Below, one piece after another: positions 55,067 to 64,000 of a stretch of DNA of 64,000 bases (positions within the stretch are counted from its first letter, which is position 1; every line of letters starts with the position of its first letter). The notes under the pieces are model-generated. The model made no database searches. It saw nothing but the letters and a program-made list of their open reading frames with translations, and was not told the origin of the DNA. Position numbers and translations under genes: made by a program. Source of the stretch: an uncultured Hormoscilla sp. (GTDB lineage: Bacteria; Cyanobacteriota; Cyanobacteriia; Cyanobacteriales; Desertifilaceae); NCBI GenBank assembly GCA_963921275.4, contig OZ001293.3, forward strand, positions 1,632,001 through 1,696,000. The letters are read 5' to 3'.

Positions 55067-55867
55067 CTACCGCAGTCCTTTCTCGCGCAACCAAGCGTCC
55101 GCCCAAACTGCATTCACCTCTGATAGCGGTGGTTCTGGGTTTTTGCTGTAATCTATTACCATAGTGTAATCCGATAGGTCATATATCTCATTTAACAACC
55201 TCTGCAAATCTATAACTGGCTCCACATCTCCTGACTGCAAGGGTAATGGAAATGGGGGAATCACCTCTGGTAAGTTAAAGGCATATAAATCAGCCTGGGG
55301 ACGCCGAGAATCTCTACTCACCAAAATCCGATAATCTGAGTCAATATTATCGCCAAAAATTGGCATAGATTTGCCTCCACGCAGTAAATCTATTTCTACT
55401 AAATTTGTTGCACTCCCCAACACTCGCTGTCGCTTCCTGTGATAAGTATCCCATCCTTCACCCGATCGCTTATTTTTCGGAGACAAAATTTCCAGTGCCG
55501 TCACCACCTCACCTGTTTCCACATTTTTCACTGTTAAATACCCTTCTGAGATCGTCTCTGGCATAGGAGTTGTCACTGACACCGGCTGGGCTGGTGGTAA
55601 CAACACAGCCACCTGAGACGTAGAAGATTTGCTTGCCGTCCGATTTTTCCGGAACGGATCGCGTTTTACCGTCACATCAGGAATTCCCACAAGAAATGAC
55701 TGTTCCCCACTGATTTCATACACGCGCACTTCTAGGGCGACTCGATATTTAGGACGCAGTTGGGGGGACAAAAACCTAAAAATCTCACTAATCAGCAGAT
55801 GATGTAATTCTGGCCATACTTGAGGATGTTCTAAATATGGGTCCATACCCGGAAATGGAGATGGCAT
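55067..55867 (-). CDS. DUF4058 family protein
   Basis: Motifs MPSPFPGMDPYLE, EILSPKNK and LVEIDLLRGG. Confidence 0.9.
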   Translation of the reverse strand: MPSPFPGMDPYLEHPQVWPELHHLLISEIFRFLSPQLRPKYRVALEVRVYEISGEQSFLVGIPDVTVKRDPFRKNRTASKSSTSQVAVLLPPAQPVSVTTPMPETISEGYLTVKNVETGEVVTALEILSPKNKRSGEGWDTYHRKRQRVLGSATNLVEIDLLRGGKSMPIFGDNIDSDYRILVSRDSRRPQADLYAFNLPEVIPPFPLPLQSGDVEPVIDLQRLLNEIYDLSDYTMVIDYSKNPEPPLSEVNAVWADAWLREKGLR

Positions 55868-56134
55868 TGTTCTAACTCCAGATGATGTTTGCTCTTACTT
55901 GTAATCTACCATAATCTCTGGGTCTACTGCCAATTATATCTTGACCCAGCAACATCTCTAGGTTGGGTTTCGTGCCTCTACCCAACCTACAACATTACTT
56001 AACACCCCGGGCGATCGGGAACCTACCAGCAGACTGATTTTAAAGTTATATTGCAAGATTTTAAGAAAAATTAAGAACTCGTTCCAAATATAGTCAGAGC
56101 TGTAACATGAAAAATAAAGATAGCGAGGAAGATC

Positions 56135-56443
56135 ATGGAAAAATTTAACAAATATAATTTCCGCTGCACCCTCACCTTTGGGGACATCTACGCTCAAATT
56201 GTCGTCTGGTTAATCGTGATCATGATCAGCTTGGCCTCCGCAATGGCATTGATGGGCACCACTCGTCCTGCATACGCATTAGCTGCCGTAGGAGTCATCC
56301 TGGTATTGTCTCTGCCCTTTTTGCTGTTTGCCTTCGTCACCACCTTACTCAATCACATCGAGTTAATACCCGTACAGGAAACTGCAACGGCAACCGCTGG
56401 TGAAACCATGCCCACAGGCAAACCGGCCCAAGCTACAAGCTAA
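56135..56443 (+). CDS. Small hypothetical membrane protein
   Basis: 102 aa; CTLTFGDIY...LSLPFLLFAFVTTL. Confidence 0.75.
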   Translation: MEKFNKYNFRCTLTFGDIYAQIVVWLIVIMISLASAMALMGTTRPAYALAAVGVILVLSLPFLLFAFVTTLLNHIELIPVQETATATAGETMPTGKPAQATS

Positions 56444-56470
56444 TCGAGTTTTGCTGTCTCAAATCTCAAC

Positions 56471-56502
56471 AAATTCCCTGCCTGTGGGCAGGGAATTTTT
56501 TT
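56471..56502 (+). terminator. Intrinsic terminator
   Basis: AAATTCCCTGCC-TGTG-GGCAGGGAATTT followed by a T tract. Confidence 0.75.
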
Positions 56503-56549
56503 GGCGATCGCGATAGACTCAACAAAGAACAGGAGACACCAAACCCAAA

Positions 56550-58277
56550 ATGCTCCAACATGATGTGATTATCGTCGGCGGTGGACTAGCAGGATGTCGG
56601 GCCGCTGTAGAAATTGCCCATATCGATCCCAGCTTAAATGTGGCCATAGTTGCCAAAACCCACCCCATTCGTTCCCACTCGGTGGCGGCCCAGGGAGGTA
56701 TTGCCGCTAGTCTCAAAAATGTAGATTCTCATGACAGTTGGGAAGCCCATGCCTTTGATACGGTCAAAGGTTCCGACTATCTAGCAGACCAAGATGCCGT
56801 AGAAATATTAACACGAGAAGCTCCAGACGTCATCATCGATCTGGAACATATGGGAGTGTTATTCTCCCGCTTACCAGATGGCAGAATTGCCCAACGCCCC
56901 TTTGGCGGTCATAGCCACGATCGCACCTGCTACGCCGCCGATAAAACAGGTCACGCCATTCTCCACGAATTGGTTAACAACCTGCGGCGGAATGGAGTCC
57001 AGGTCTATGAAGAATGGTACGTGATGCGCCTGATTTTAGAAGCTGGTCAGGCTAAAGGCATTGTCATGTACCGCATTTTGGATGGCAAGCTAGAGGTAGT
57101 ACGGGCCAAAGCAGTCATGTTTGCCACAGGGGGCTATGGCCGAGTCTTCAATACCACTTCCAATGACTTTGCCTCCACTGGAGATGGTCTGGCCATAACC
57201 GCAGTTGCTGGCGTCCCCCTAGAAGATATGGAATTTGTCCAGTTTCATCCCACTGGATTGTATCCTGTCGGAGTGCTGATTTCTGAAGCAGTCCGGGGAG
57301 AAGGTGCCTATCTGATTAACTCCGAAGGCGATCGGTTTATGGCCAACTACGCTCCCAGCAAGATGGAACTAGCCCCCCGAGACATTACCTCCAGGGCGAT
57401 CGCTCGGGAACTTCGGGCCGGTCGCGGCATCGATCTTGAGGGCAATGCCGGTGGTCCCTTCGTCTATCTGGACTTGCGCCACATGGGACGGGAGAAAATC
57501 ATGTCTCGGGTGCCCTTCTGCTGGGAAGAAGCCCACCGACTAGCAGGGGTAGACGCCGTAGAACAACCCATTCCCGTGCGTCCCACAGCACATTACTCGA
57601 TGGGGGGCATCCCCGTCAATACCGACGGTCAGGTCCGCAGCAGCAATAGCAGTCTAGTGGATGCCTTCTTTGCCGCCGGTGAATCAGCCTGTGTCTCCGT
57701 ACATGGTGCCAATCGTCTCGGCAGTAATTCTCTGCTAGAATGTGTCGTTTACGGTAAACGGACCGGTACTTCTATAGCCAATTTTGTCCAAAACCGCAAG
57801 CTTCTCGAAGTAGACGAACAATTCTATTTAACAGAAGCCCGAAACCAAATTCAAGGTTTATTAGACCAGCAAGGGGAGTATCGAATTAACCAAGTTTGTC
57901 AAGCCTTTCAAGATTGCATGAGTCAGTATTGTGGCGTCTTTAGAACCGAAGAACTGATGCATGAGGGGTTAAACAAACTGCAACAGTTGCAACAGCAATT
58001 AAGCCAAATCTATTTAGATGATAAAAGTAGTCTTTGGAACACCGAAATCATCGAAGCCTTAGAACTACGCAGCATCATGATTGTCGGACAGATGATACTC
58101 ACATCAGCTATAAACCGACAAGAAAGTCGGGGGGCTCATTACCGTGAAGACTATCCCCAGCGAGACGACAGTAAGTTTGGACAGCATACAATGGCTTACT
58201 ATTCCCCCGCAGGCATAGAATTGAATTATCTACCCGTAACTATGACCATGTTTGAGCCCCAAGAACGGAAATATTAA
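56550..58277 (+). CDS. sdhA: Succinate dehydrogenase / fumarate reductase flavoprotein
   Basis: Motifs GGGLAG, RSHSVAAQGG, QFHPTG, HGANRLGSNSL and ESRGAH. Confidence 0.96.
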   Translation: MLQHDVIIVGGGLAGCRAAVEIAHIDPSLNVAIVAKTHPIRSHSVAAQGGIAASLKNVDSHDSWEAHAFDTVKGSDYLADQDAVEILTREAPDVIIDLEHMGVLFSRLPDGRIAQRPFGGHSHDRTCYAADKTGHAILHELVNNLRRNGVQVYEEWYVMRLILEAGQAKGIVMYRILDGKLEVVRAKAVMFATGGYGRVFNTTSNDFASTGDGLAITAVAGVPLEDMEFVQFHPTGLYPVGVLISEAVRGEGAYLINSEGDRFMANYAPSKMELAPRDITSRAIARELRAGRGIDLEGNAGGPFVYLDLRHMGREKIMSRVPFCWEEAHRLAGVDAVEQPIPVRPTAHYSMGGIPVNTDGQVRSSNSSLVDAFFAAGESACVSVHGANRLGSNSLLECVVYGKRTGTSIANFVQNRKLLEVDEQFYLTEARNQIQGLLDQQGEYRINQVCQAFQDCMSQYCGVFRTEELMHEGLNKLQQLQQQLSQIYLDDKSSLWNTEIIEALELRSIMIVGQMILTSAINRQESRGAHYREDYPQRDDSKFGQHTMAYYSPAGIELNYLPVTMTMFEPQERKY

Positions 58278-58283
58278 AGTGAA

Positions 58284-58360
58284 TGGTCAGTTGTTAGTGG
58301 TCAGTTGTTAGTGGTCAGTTGTTAGTGGTCAGTTGTTAGAGGACAGTTGTTAGTGGTCAG
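58284..58360. repeat. 14-bp tandem repeat (TGGTCAGTTGTTAG), about 5.5 copies
   Basis: Directly visible between two convergent genes. Confidence 0.85.
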
Positions 58361-58381
58361 CGTCACGGTACTGGCCACTGG

Positions 58382-59260
58382 TCACTGTTCGCTGGTTACT
58401 GCCGTTGGGGGATTATCATCCACTGCTAGCTGATTGATTTGCTCCTGATACTGGGCCGGTGCCAAGGAAGCCGCTTGAGAAAACAGAAGTTGAGCCTCAT
58501 CAGTTTTACCCTGAGTTTTGAGGACAATAGCCTTAGCTAGCACGGGTCGAAAATCATTGCGGTCCTCTTCTATGGCCTGATCGTAGACCGCGATCGCCTC
58601 TGGGTAGCGTTGGTCCGACGCATAAACCCATCCCAGCAGCAGTTTGATCGAGATAGTGTCCGCAGTTCCCGGTTGCAGCTGGTTCGCTTGGGTAGCCTGC
58701 TTGAGGCTATCTTCAAGCAACTCGATCGCCCCGTTAAAATCTCCAGCGGACAGCCGCAGGTTCACCAGACCTTGGAGAGCATTCATCTGGCCGGGATGAG
58801 CAGCCAACACCTGACGATAGGCATTGGATGCCCCCTGGCGATCGCCTATGTACTCCTGAGCCTGAGCCAGCAGCAGTCCGTAATTCGCCTCCTCGGGATG
58901 CAACTCGGCCAGTTTTGTCAAAGGCGCGATCGTCCCGGGAATATCAACCAACTCCAGGCGCACCTCTAGTAGACCCCGGAGGGCCGTCTGATTTTCCGGC
59001 TCTCGTTCTAGGACCAGTTCATAGCCACGGGCTTGAGATTCTAACTCTCCTCGCCGTCTGGGAGTGAGGGCGGGAGTTCCTGTCCCTGCTGCGGTCGTCT
59101 GGACTGACTGATTAGCTAGCTGTTTAGCCATCAAGGCATTACCAAACACCGGAATCATCGAAGACCCCACTAAGGCAGTAATTGCCACCACCAACATCAG
59201 ATAGACTATCCAGTTAATGCGCTTTTTGCTCACGCAATACCCCTTGAACTCTGATGTCAT
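58382..59260 (-). CDS. Membrane-anchored TPR protein
   Basis: N-terminal TM segment; GYELVLEREPENQTALRGL and DFRPVLAKA. Confidence 0.85.
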   Translation of the reverse strand: MTSEFKGYCVSKKRINWIVYLMLVVAITALVGSSMIPVFGNALMAKQLANQSVQTTAAGTGTPALTPRRRGELESQARGYELVLEREPENQTALRGLLEVRLELVDIPGTIAPLTKLAELHPEEANYGLLLAQAQEYIGDRQGASNAYRQVLAAHPGQMNALQGLVNLRLSAGDFNGAIELLEDSLKQATQANQLQPGTADTISIKLLLGWVYASDQRYPEAIAVYDQAIEEDRNDFRPVLAKAIVLKTQGKTDEAQLLFSQAASLAPAQYQEQINQLAVDDNPPTAVTSEQ

Positions 59261-59725
59261 TTTAGCTCCTGTACCTTCGGCAGTTACCCCTGTAGTTGAA
59301 AAATTGTCTAAATCTGCCGGATAACTCTGGCATCACTTGCATTCAGAAGATAATCCCACTCGTCGAGCCGTTGTTGAGCAGAGCGCGATCGGTAGTTCTT
59401 AGTTCTGCGTTGCACTTCGGACGGGATGATAGACATAGTTGCAATAGTTTTAAACCTAGACTACAAGCGACTTTCAGTAGCGTAGCCTGTGCAAAAAGAG
59501 TATCATCCCCAAAATGTGCAACGCCCTTAGTTCTTCGGGCTGTGTTGGTAGTTTGAATAATAATGCTCGAAATTCCCACAGCCAAAGGGTTTGAACTAAG
59601 TTTACAAAACTTTACACGCCAGAGTCAAACTGATGTCCGACTGCGAAGGTAAGTGAGCGTTCTCCCTCAAGAACGGTACAATAGGCAGACTGACGTAATC
59701 ATCCTGACCGCTTGAATTCAAGTCT

Positions 59726-60598
59726 ATGACTTCTGAGTCTTTATCCAAGGAAGAAAAATCTCGGGAATCTCAGCCAGCTGACGGTGGCCTCTTGGCCAAG
59801 GTCAGCCCGCCCGTGAAGGAAAAGCCAGCTCCACGGCATCCGGCACCGCCAAGACCTCGGCCACAACCGATTTCTCCTCCCAGCGAACCGAAGCAGTACC
59901 GAGCCATTGGCTTAGTCCGGGGTCGATATACCCCCATGCCGACACAATTCACCCAAGGCACCCTGACAGCCTCTGATGGCACTCAGATCAATGCAGTGCT
60001 ACTCGGTCGGATCATAAGTCTGTTGAGGAAGCACATGAATCTAGAGGAAGAACACCTGTGGGTGGTCTATCCCCGCACCCGAGATAAGGAACAAGATTTG
60101 CATACCCAAATTGTCGGAGTCTGGGAGCCAGAAACACTGGTAAAAAATAAGGTCATCGATAAAACCAAGATAGCCGATACCGCCCATTTTGAAGATGGCT
60201 ATTTTTCGATTCGGGGTGAGGTGGTCTATAGTTCCCAAGAAAAGGAGGAGGTAGTTGTCAAGCTTCATCAGGCCCCCCGCAAAAAAGAAGAGTGCCCCAA
60301 GTCGTTCAAGCTGAAGCTCAAGGGCGTGCTCACGGGCAAGGTTTTGAATAACTTCTGGGAATTTGATGTTCAGCGACAGGGGAATGACCTGGGAATTCAG
60401 TCGGGCACTGCTATTGCTGCTCTGGCCAGCAAGTTCAAGCAGAAAAATAATTTTTCCAAGAAGAAGGGCCCCGGCGGTTTCAAAAAGCCCAAAGGCTCTC
60501 CACGTTTACCCGATACTGACGAGTTACAATCATCTTCTGAGCCTCGCAAACCCATCCCTAAACCCTCCCGCTCCCGCAAGCAAAACACTCCCGAATAG
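59726..60598 (+). CDS. Conserved hypothetical protein
   Basis: Motifs PISPPSEPKQYRAIGLVRG, HLWVVYPRT and VGVWEPETL. Confidence 0.8.
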   Translation: MTSESLSKEEKSRESQPADGGLLAKVSPPVKEKPAPRHPAPPRPRPQPISPPSEPKQYRAIGLVRGRYTPMPTQFTQGTLTASDGTQINAVLLGRIISLLRKHMNLEEEHLWVVYPRTRDKEQDLHTQIVGVWEPETLVKNKVIDKTKIADTAHFEDGYFSIRGEVVYSSQEKEEVVVKLHQAPRKKEECPKSFKLKLKGVLTGKVLNNFWEFDVQRQGNDLGIQSGTAIAALASKFKQKNNFSKKKGPGGFKKPKGSPRLPDTDELQSSSEPRKPIPKPSRSRKQNTPE

Positions 60599-60732
60599 TT
60601 AATTATGCCTGAAATGCGATCGGCCTGGGGCCTGGGCCATAAATAACAGATGGGGCAGCCAAAAATCTGCTGCCCCATCTGCTATGTGCGATCGCCACGC
60701 TGCCAGAGGCAAGCAGAGGCGCTAACCTCAAG

Positions 60733-61209
60733 CTACGCTGTCAATATAGAGAGTAGCTTTTGCTCTGTTAACTCTTCTGTTTCCGCCACCGACTCAAGGC
60801 TAGCAACCACGCTCTTTTCAATCCCTAAAATCTCCGCAGCTTTATAAACAGCTGCTTTTTCCTTTTCGTGGTATATTCCATCAGCGCGGCTCATCTTTAT
60901 AGCTTGGTACAAGATCGTGCGGCGAGCATTGAGGGAAAAATCAAACTTCACCTCAGCCAATTGCTCCTCAATGTTAACATTCTTCCAATCTATGTTACGG
61001 ATCGCTTCAATGTACTCTTTTGTTGCTCCCGTCAAAATTCATTCGTCAAGATACCACTGTAATTCCTCCTCTGCTAGCTCTCCATCCGCACCCGCGATCG
61101 CCAATAATGCCCCACTGTACTTCAGTCCAACTTCAACATCTACCGGTTTGTTGCCGTTATATTTCCGCTGGGCATATTTGCTCGGGTATAGTTTTTTGCT
61201 ACTGCTCAT
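60733..61209 (-). pseudogene. TerB-like protein with an in-frame stop
   Basis: Motifs AIAGADGELAEEE and ADGIYHEKE; TGA near 61040. Confidence 0.6.
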
Positions 61210-62430
61210 ATTTTCCTCCTTTTCTTCTTTGAAAATAGCCTTTCACTTAATCATACCAACTTCAGATGAGATTTTCAACCCCGCCTTGCCTCAAATAATC
61301 AGCGACGGCCAGCGCTAATTTTATATCTCACTTATCAACCCTCGTCTATCACTATACTACTATTAACATTTTGTCTAAAAAACTAAATTCGTACCGCAGG
61401 AGATTAACGACTTAAAGATAACATTAAATTACCTCCTGTAAATATTTCATAGTCAAATTTATCATTGGATATTTAATTTCTTGTTGTTGCGAGTGAATTA
61501 ATATCTACATATTTGTTAATTATCCCATATCTGTTGATAGGAAATATTCTTACCTCTCCTTTACTTACACGTAATAATTCTCAAACCGCCTGAAGATGAA
61601 AATCGTAATTAAACTTCTTGCTATATCGTGGTTCTGGGGTCTAAAAACTGTCCGGACTATTAAATTCGCCGATCTGTATGAATCTACCGGAAATGGATGG
61701 CCAGTAACGTTTTTAGTTGGGTGTGATGCTCTCCATGATCGCGCTCGTGGAATGGTTGGCAGGGTATTTAAGCCATAGCTTGGCCCTGCGATCGGATGCC
61801 TGGCACATGGTTGCAGATGCGGGCGCAATTTTGCTGGCGAAGAAGTGCGAGTTGGTTGACGGCTAATGTCGGCCGTCTAGATGCGATCGCCGCTAACCAC
61901 AGTGAAATCATCTCCATTAATCAGGGTCTCATCAATCCCCTGCAGGGTGGCCAGGGTTCCCCTTCAAAATTAATCCAGGTATCGAGGCCCTGAGAGACGA
62001 TCGCCAAATTGGCGGAACTCAAACCTTTTGTTAGCGCGATCGCCTGACGGCGCGGCGCGCAGCGCGATCGAGTCCGTGCCATCTTCAAAGTCTATGATAG
62101 TATCCCAGCCCATGCCCGTTCATGCCATTATTAGTAGGCGCCCTCGCAGCGCTCACTTTGGAAGGAACTGAGACCCAAACCACCGGTACTCCCTCGCATT
62201 TGAGAGAAGCTTCAGGTATCGACAAATCCGACAAGTCTGTAAAGCTTTGCCTAGTCACCGGTGGTTCCTTGTCTCCTCTGCAGGGCGATCGCCCTGCAGA
62301 GGAGCGTTACAATGGCCACAAGAGCGATAAAACCGCAACCCTTAGGCCTCCAAAGCTTTTGCAGAACAACCCCACATAGCATATCACAACTCTGGCCAAG
62401 GCAGGTTGGGGGTTGGGGGTGAAGACCTTG

Positions 62431-62720
62431 AATAAATCTATTCCGATCCAGAATAAATCTATTCCGACATATATAATATATATTATGACATATATATTAT
62501 ATTATGACATATATAATATATTATGACATATATAATATATTATGACATATATAATATATATTATGACATATATAATATATATTATGACCCAAAATAAGTC
62601 AATTTTAGTTCAAAATAGGCTTATTATTGGCTATAATAAGTCAATTTTATCTCATATTAAGCTTATTTTTGCCAAGAATACGTCAATTATCTCTCACATA
62701 AAGTATTTTTTTGGGCAAGC
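62431..62720. repeat. AT-rich, roughly 21-bp periodic array
   Basis: AATAAATCTATTCCGA twice, GACATATATAATATATATTAT units, then degenerate AATAAGTCAATT units. Confidence 0.75.
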
Positions 62721-62928
62721 TTACTCAATACCCCTAACCACTCGTGGCCTGAACTACCCTCCGTGGATCGACCAGCATGGTTAGAAGCCGGCTGTCAATG
62801 GCCTCTGAAATCACGATAAGATCCTGTCTGCAGAGCAAATTTTTCATTTTTTTGTCTATTCTACAAGAAAGGACTAGAGATAAAGAAAACAGGAGGCCAA
62901 AATTTTGGTACTTAATCCACGCGGAAAG

Positions 62929-63195
62929 TTAGGGGTTGGAGGTTGGGGGTTGGGGAGTGTTGCTGAGGTTGAGGTCGGTAGGAGATTCGGTAACATTGTT
63001 CACGTTAATAGTCAAGGTCTCCGAGTAACTGGCCCCAGTCGAGTCGGTAGTCTGGACGAATATCCTGTAAATCGACTGGGTCTCAAAGTCCAAAGAACTG
63101 TTAGTTAGCAGTTGGTCCCCTACTATGGTGAAGGCGTTGTTGCCGGAGACTAACTGGTAAGTAAAGGGATCTCCCAGGTTGGGGTCGGCCCAAGC
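62929..63195 (-). pseudogene. Cadherin-like repeat fragment
   Basis: DPNLGDPFTYQLVSG...LDFETQSIY...INVNNVTESPTDL. Confidence 0.7.
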
Positions 63196-63718
63196 CTGCC
63201 AGAAAGTCCCCACGAATACGACAATGCTGCTGTTGGTCGATCTGCTGCTTCCAGTATCAGGTAGTTTCTCCTGCTTTTTCCCAGAAAGTAGCCCAGTTGC
63301 ACCCCGCTGGCCCAGCACCTACTATCAAATAATCAAATTCTGTCCTTGAGTTCATGTATAATCTGTCTTTGACAATTATACTTTTAGCGGTCAGCTCTCA
63401 GAGCTAAGGCTGATATAGCGTTTCTCAGATAGATGCGATCTAATATCTGAGAAATGAGGTACGCTAAATTGCATGAGCTGAGATGCATTCAAATTGCATA
63501 GTCCCAAATTGCCATTATGGCTGAAACTCTTATAGGTCGAGGGTTGTCTCTATTTTACCCTCAGCCCTAATATGCAGTTTAGAGGCGCGACAGCTTACAG
63601 CATAAGGGTTTCAACGTTTTACTCATATATCGCACGGGCGAAAGAGAAATGCTATACTGTCCGCCAAAAGGCCAGTTTATGCCCAAGGTCAGTATAACAT
63701 AATCTCTTCTTATGTGGT

Positions 63719-64000
63719 CTATTCAATTTCCATCTCCTGAGAATTCAACTTGTCTTGAGGTAAAAAAGACCGGTCCATTGGAATTGGGGCTACGGGTTCG
63801 GTAAGGGTAAATTTGCCAGCTGTAATCCATTCTTTTAATTCTAGGGCAACTTGACGGGAGAGAAAGATACTGGCAAGGGGGGCAACTCTAACTGCTTTGC
63901 CATCAATGGCAATCTTCCCGCTTTTCAGCTGGGCGTAGCTGACCAGTCCGAAGGTGGGACGGACCCGACGGGGAATGGAAAAATCTACTACGGGGGCGAC
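63719..64000 (-). CDS. C-terminus of a DUF39 homocysteine-biosynthesis protein (partial)
   Basis: VAPVVDFSIPRRVRPTFGLVSYAQLKSG...APLAS...LKEWI; stop at 63719-63721. Confidence 0.75.
   Translation of the reverse strand, partial: VAPVVDFSIPRRVRPTFGLVSYAQLKSGKIAIDGKAVRVAPLASIFLSRQVALELKEWITAGKFTLTEPVAPIPMDRSFLPQDKLNSQEMEIE

Noticed and set aside
62542..62784. 80-aa ORF MTYIIYIMTY...
   Set aside because: It is a translation of the AT-rich repeat and probably spurious.

Overview
This is a cyanobacterial chromosomal segment: HIP1 (GCGATCGC) is abundant, and it carries kaiABC, pntA/pntA2/pntB, sdhA, manC and tRNA-Arg(CCG). Many genes are pseudogenised and the mobile/repeat load is heavy, which suggests genome erosion (possibly a host-associated lineage; this is inference). 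The main points are: (i) two sibling RT-encoding group II introns (32057-35326 and 38429-40826, minus strand), both with broken RT genes and different EBS1 loops; (ii) an ORF-less ~870-nt group II intron inserted antisense into the RT gene of the first intron, with a second copy of its 5' end, identical by eye, at the window start; (iii) a HIP1-free two-gene cassette encoding an RHH/HTH protein and a frameshifted HNH-SF2 helicase fusion, next to an ABC-ATPase/TOPRIM-like pair and DUF4058 genes (candidate defence island); (iv) a ~45-bp hairpin micro-element with a constant core and copy-specific self-complementary arms, inserted into genes and into other elements; (v) a 35-unit, 22-bp non-coding tandem array flanked in phase by a second unit type. 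IS982, ISL3, IS4 and IS1182 copies or remnants, MITEs and REP-like repeats are also present. All protein calls come from motif recognition by eye; no database searches were run.
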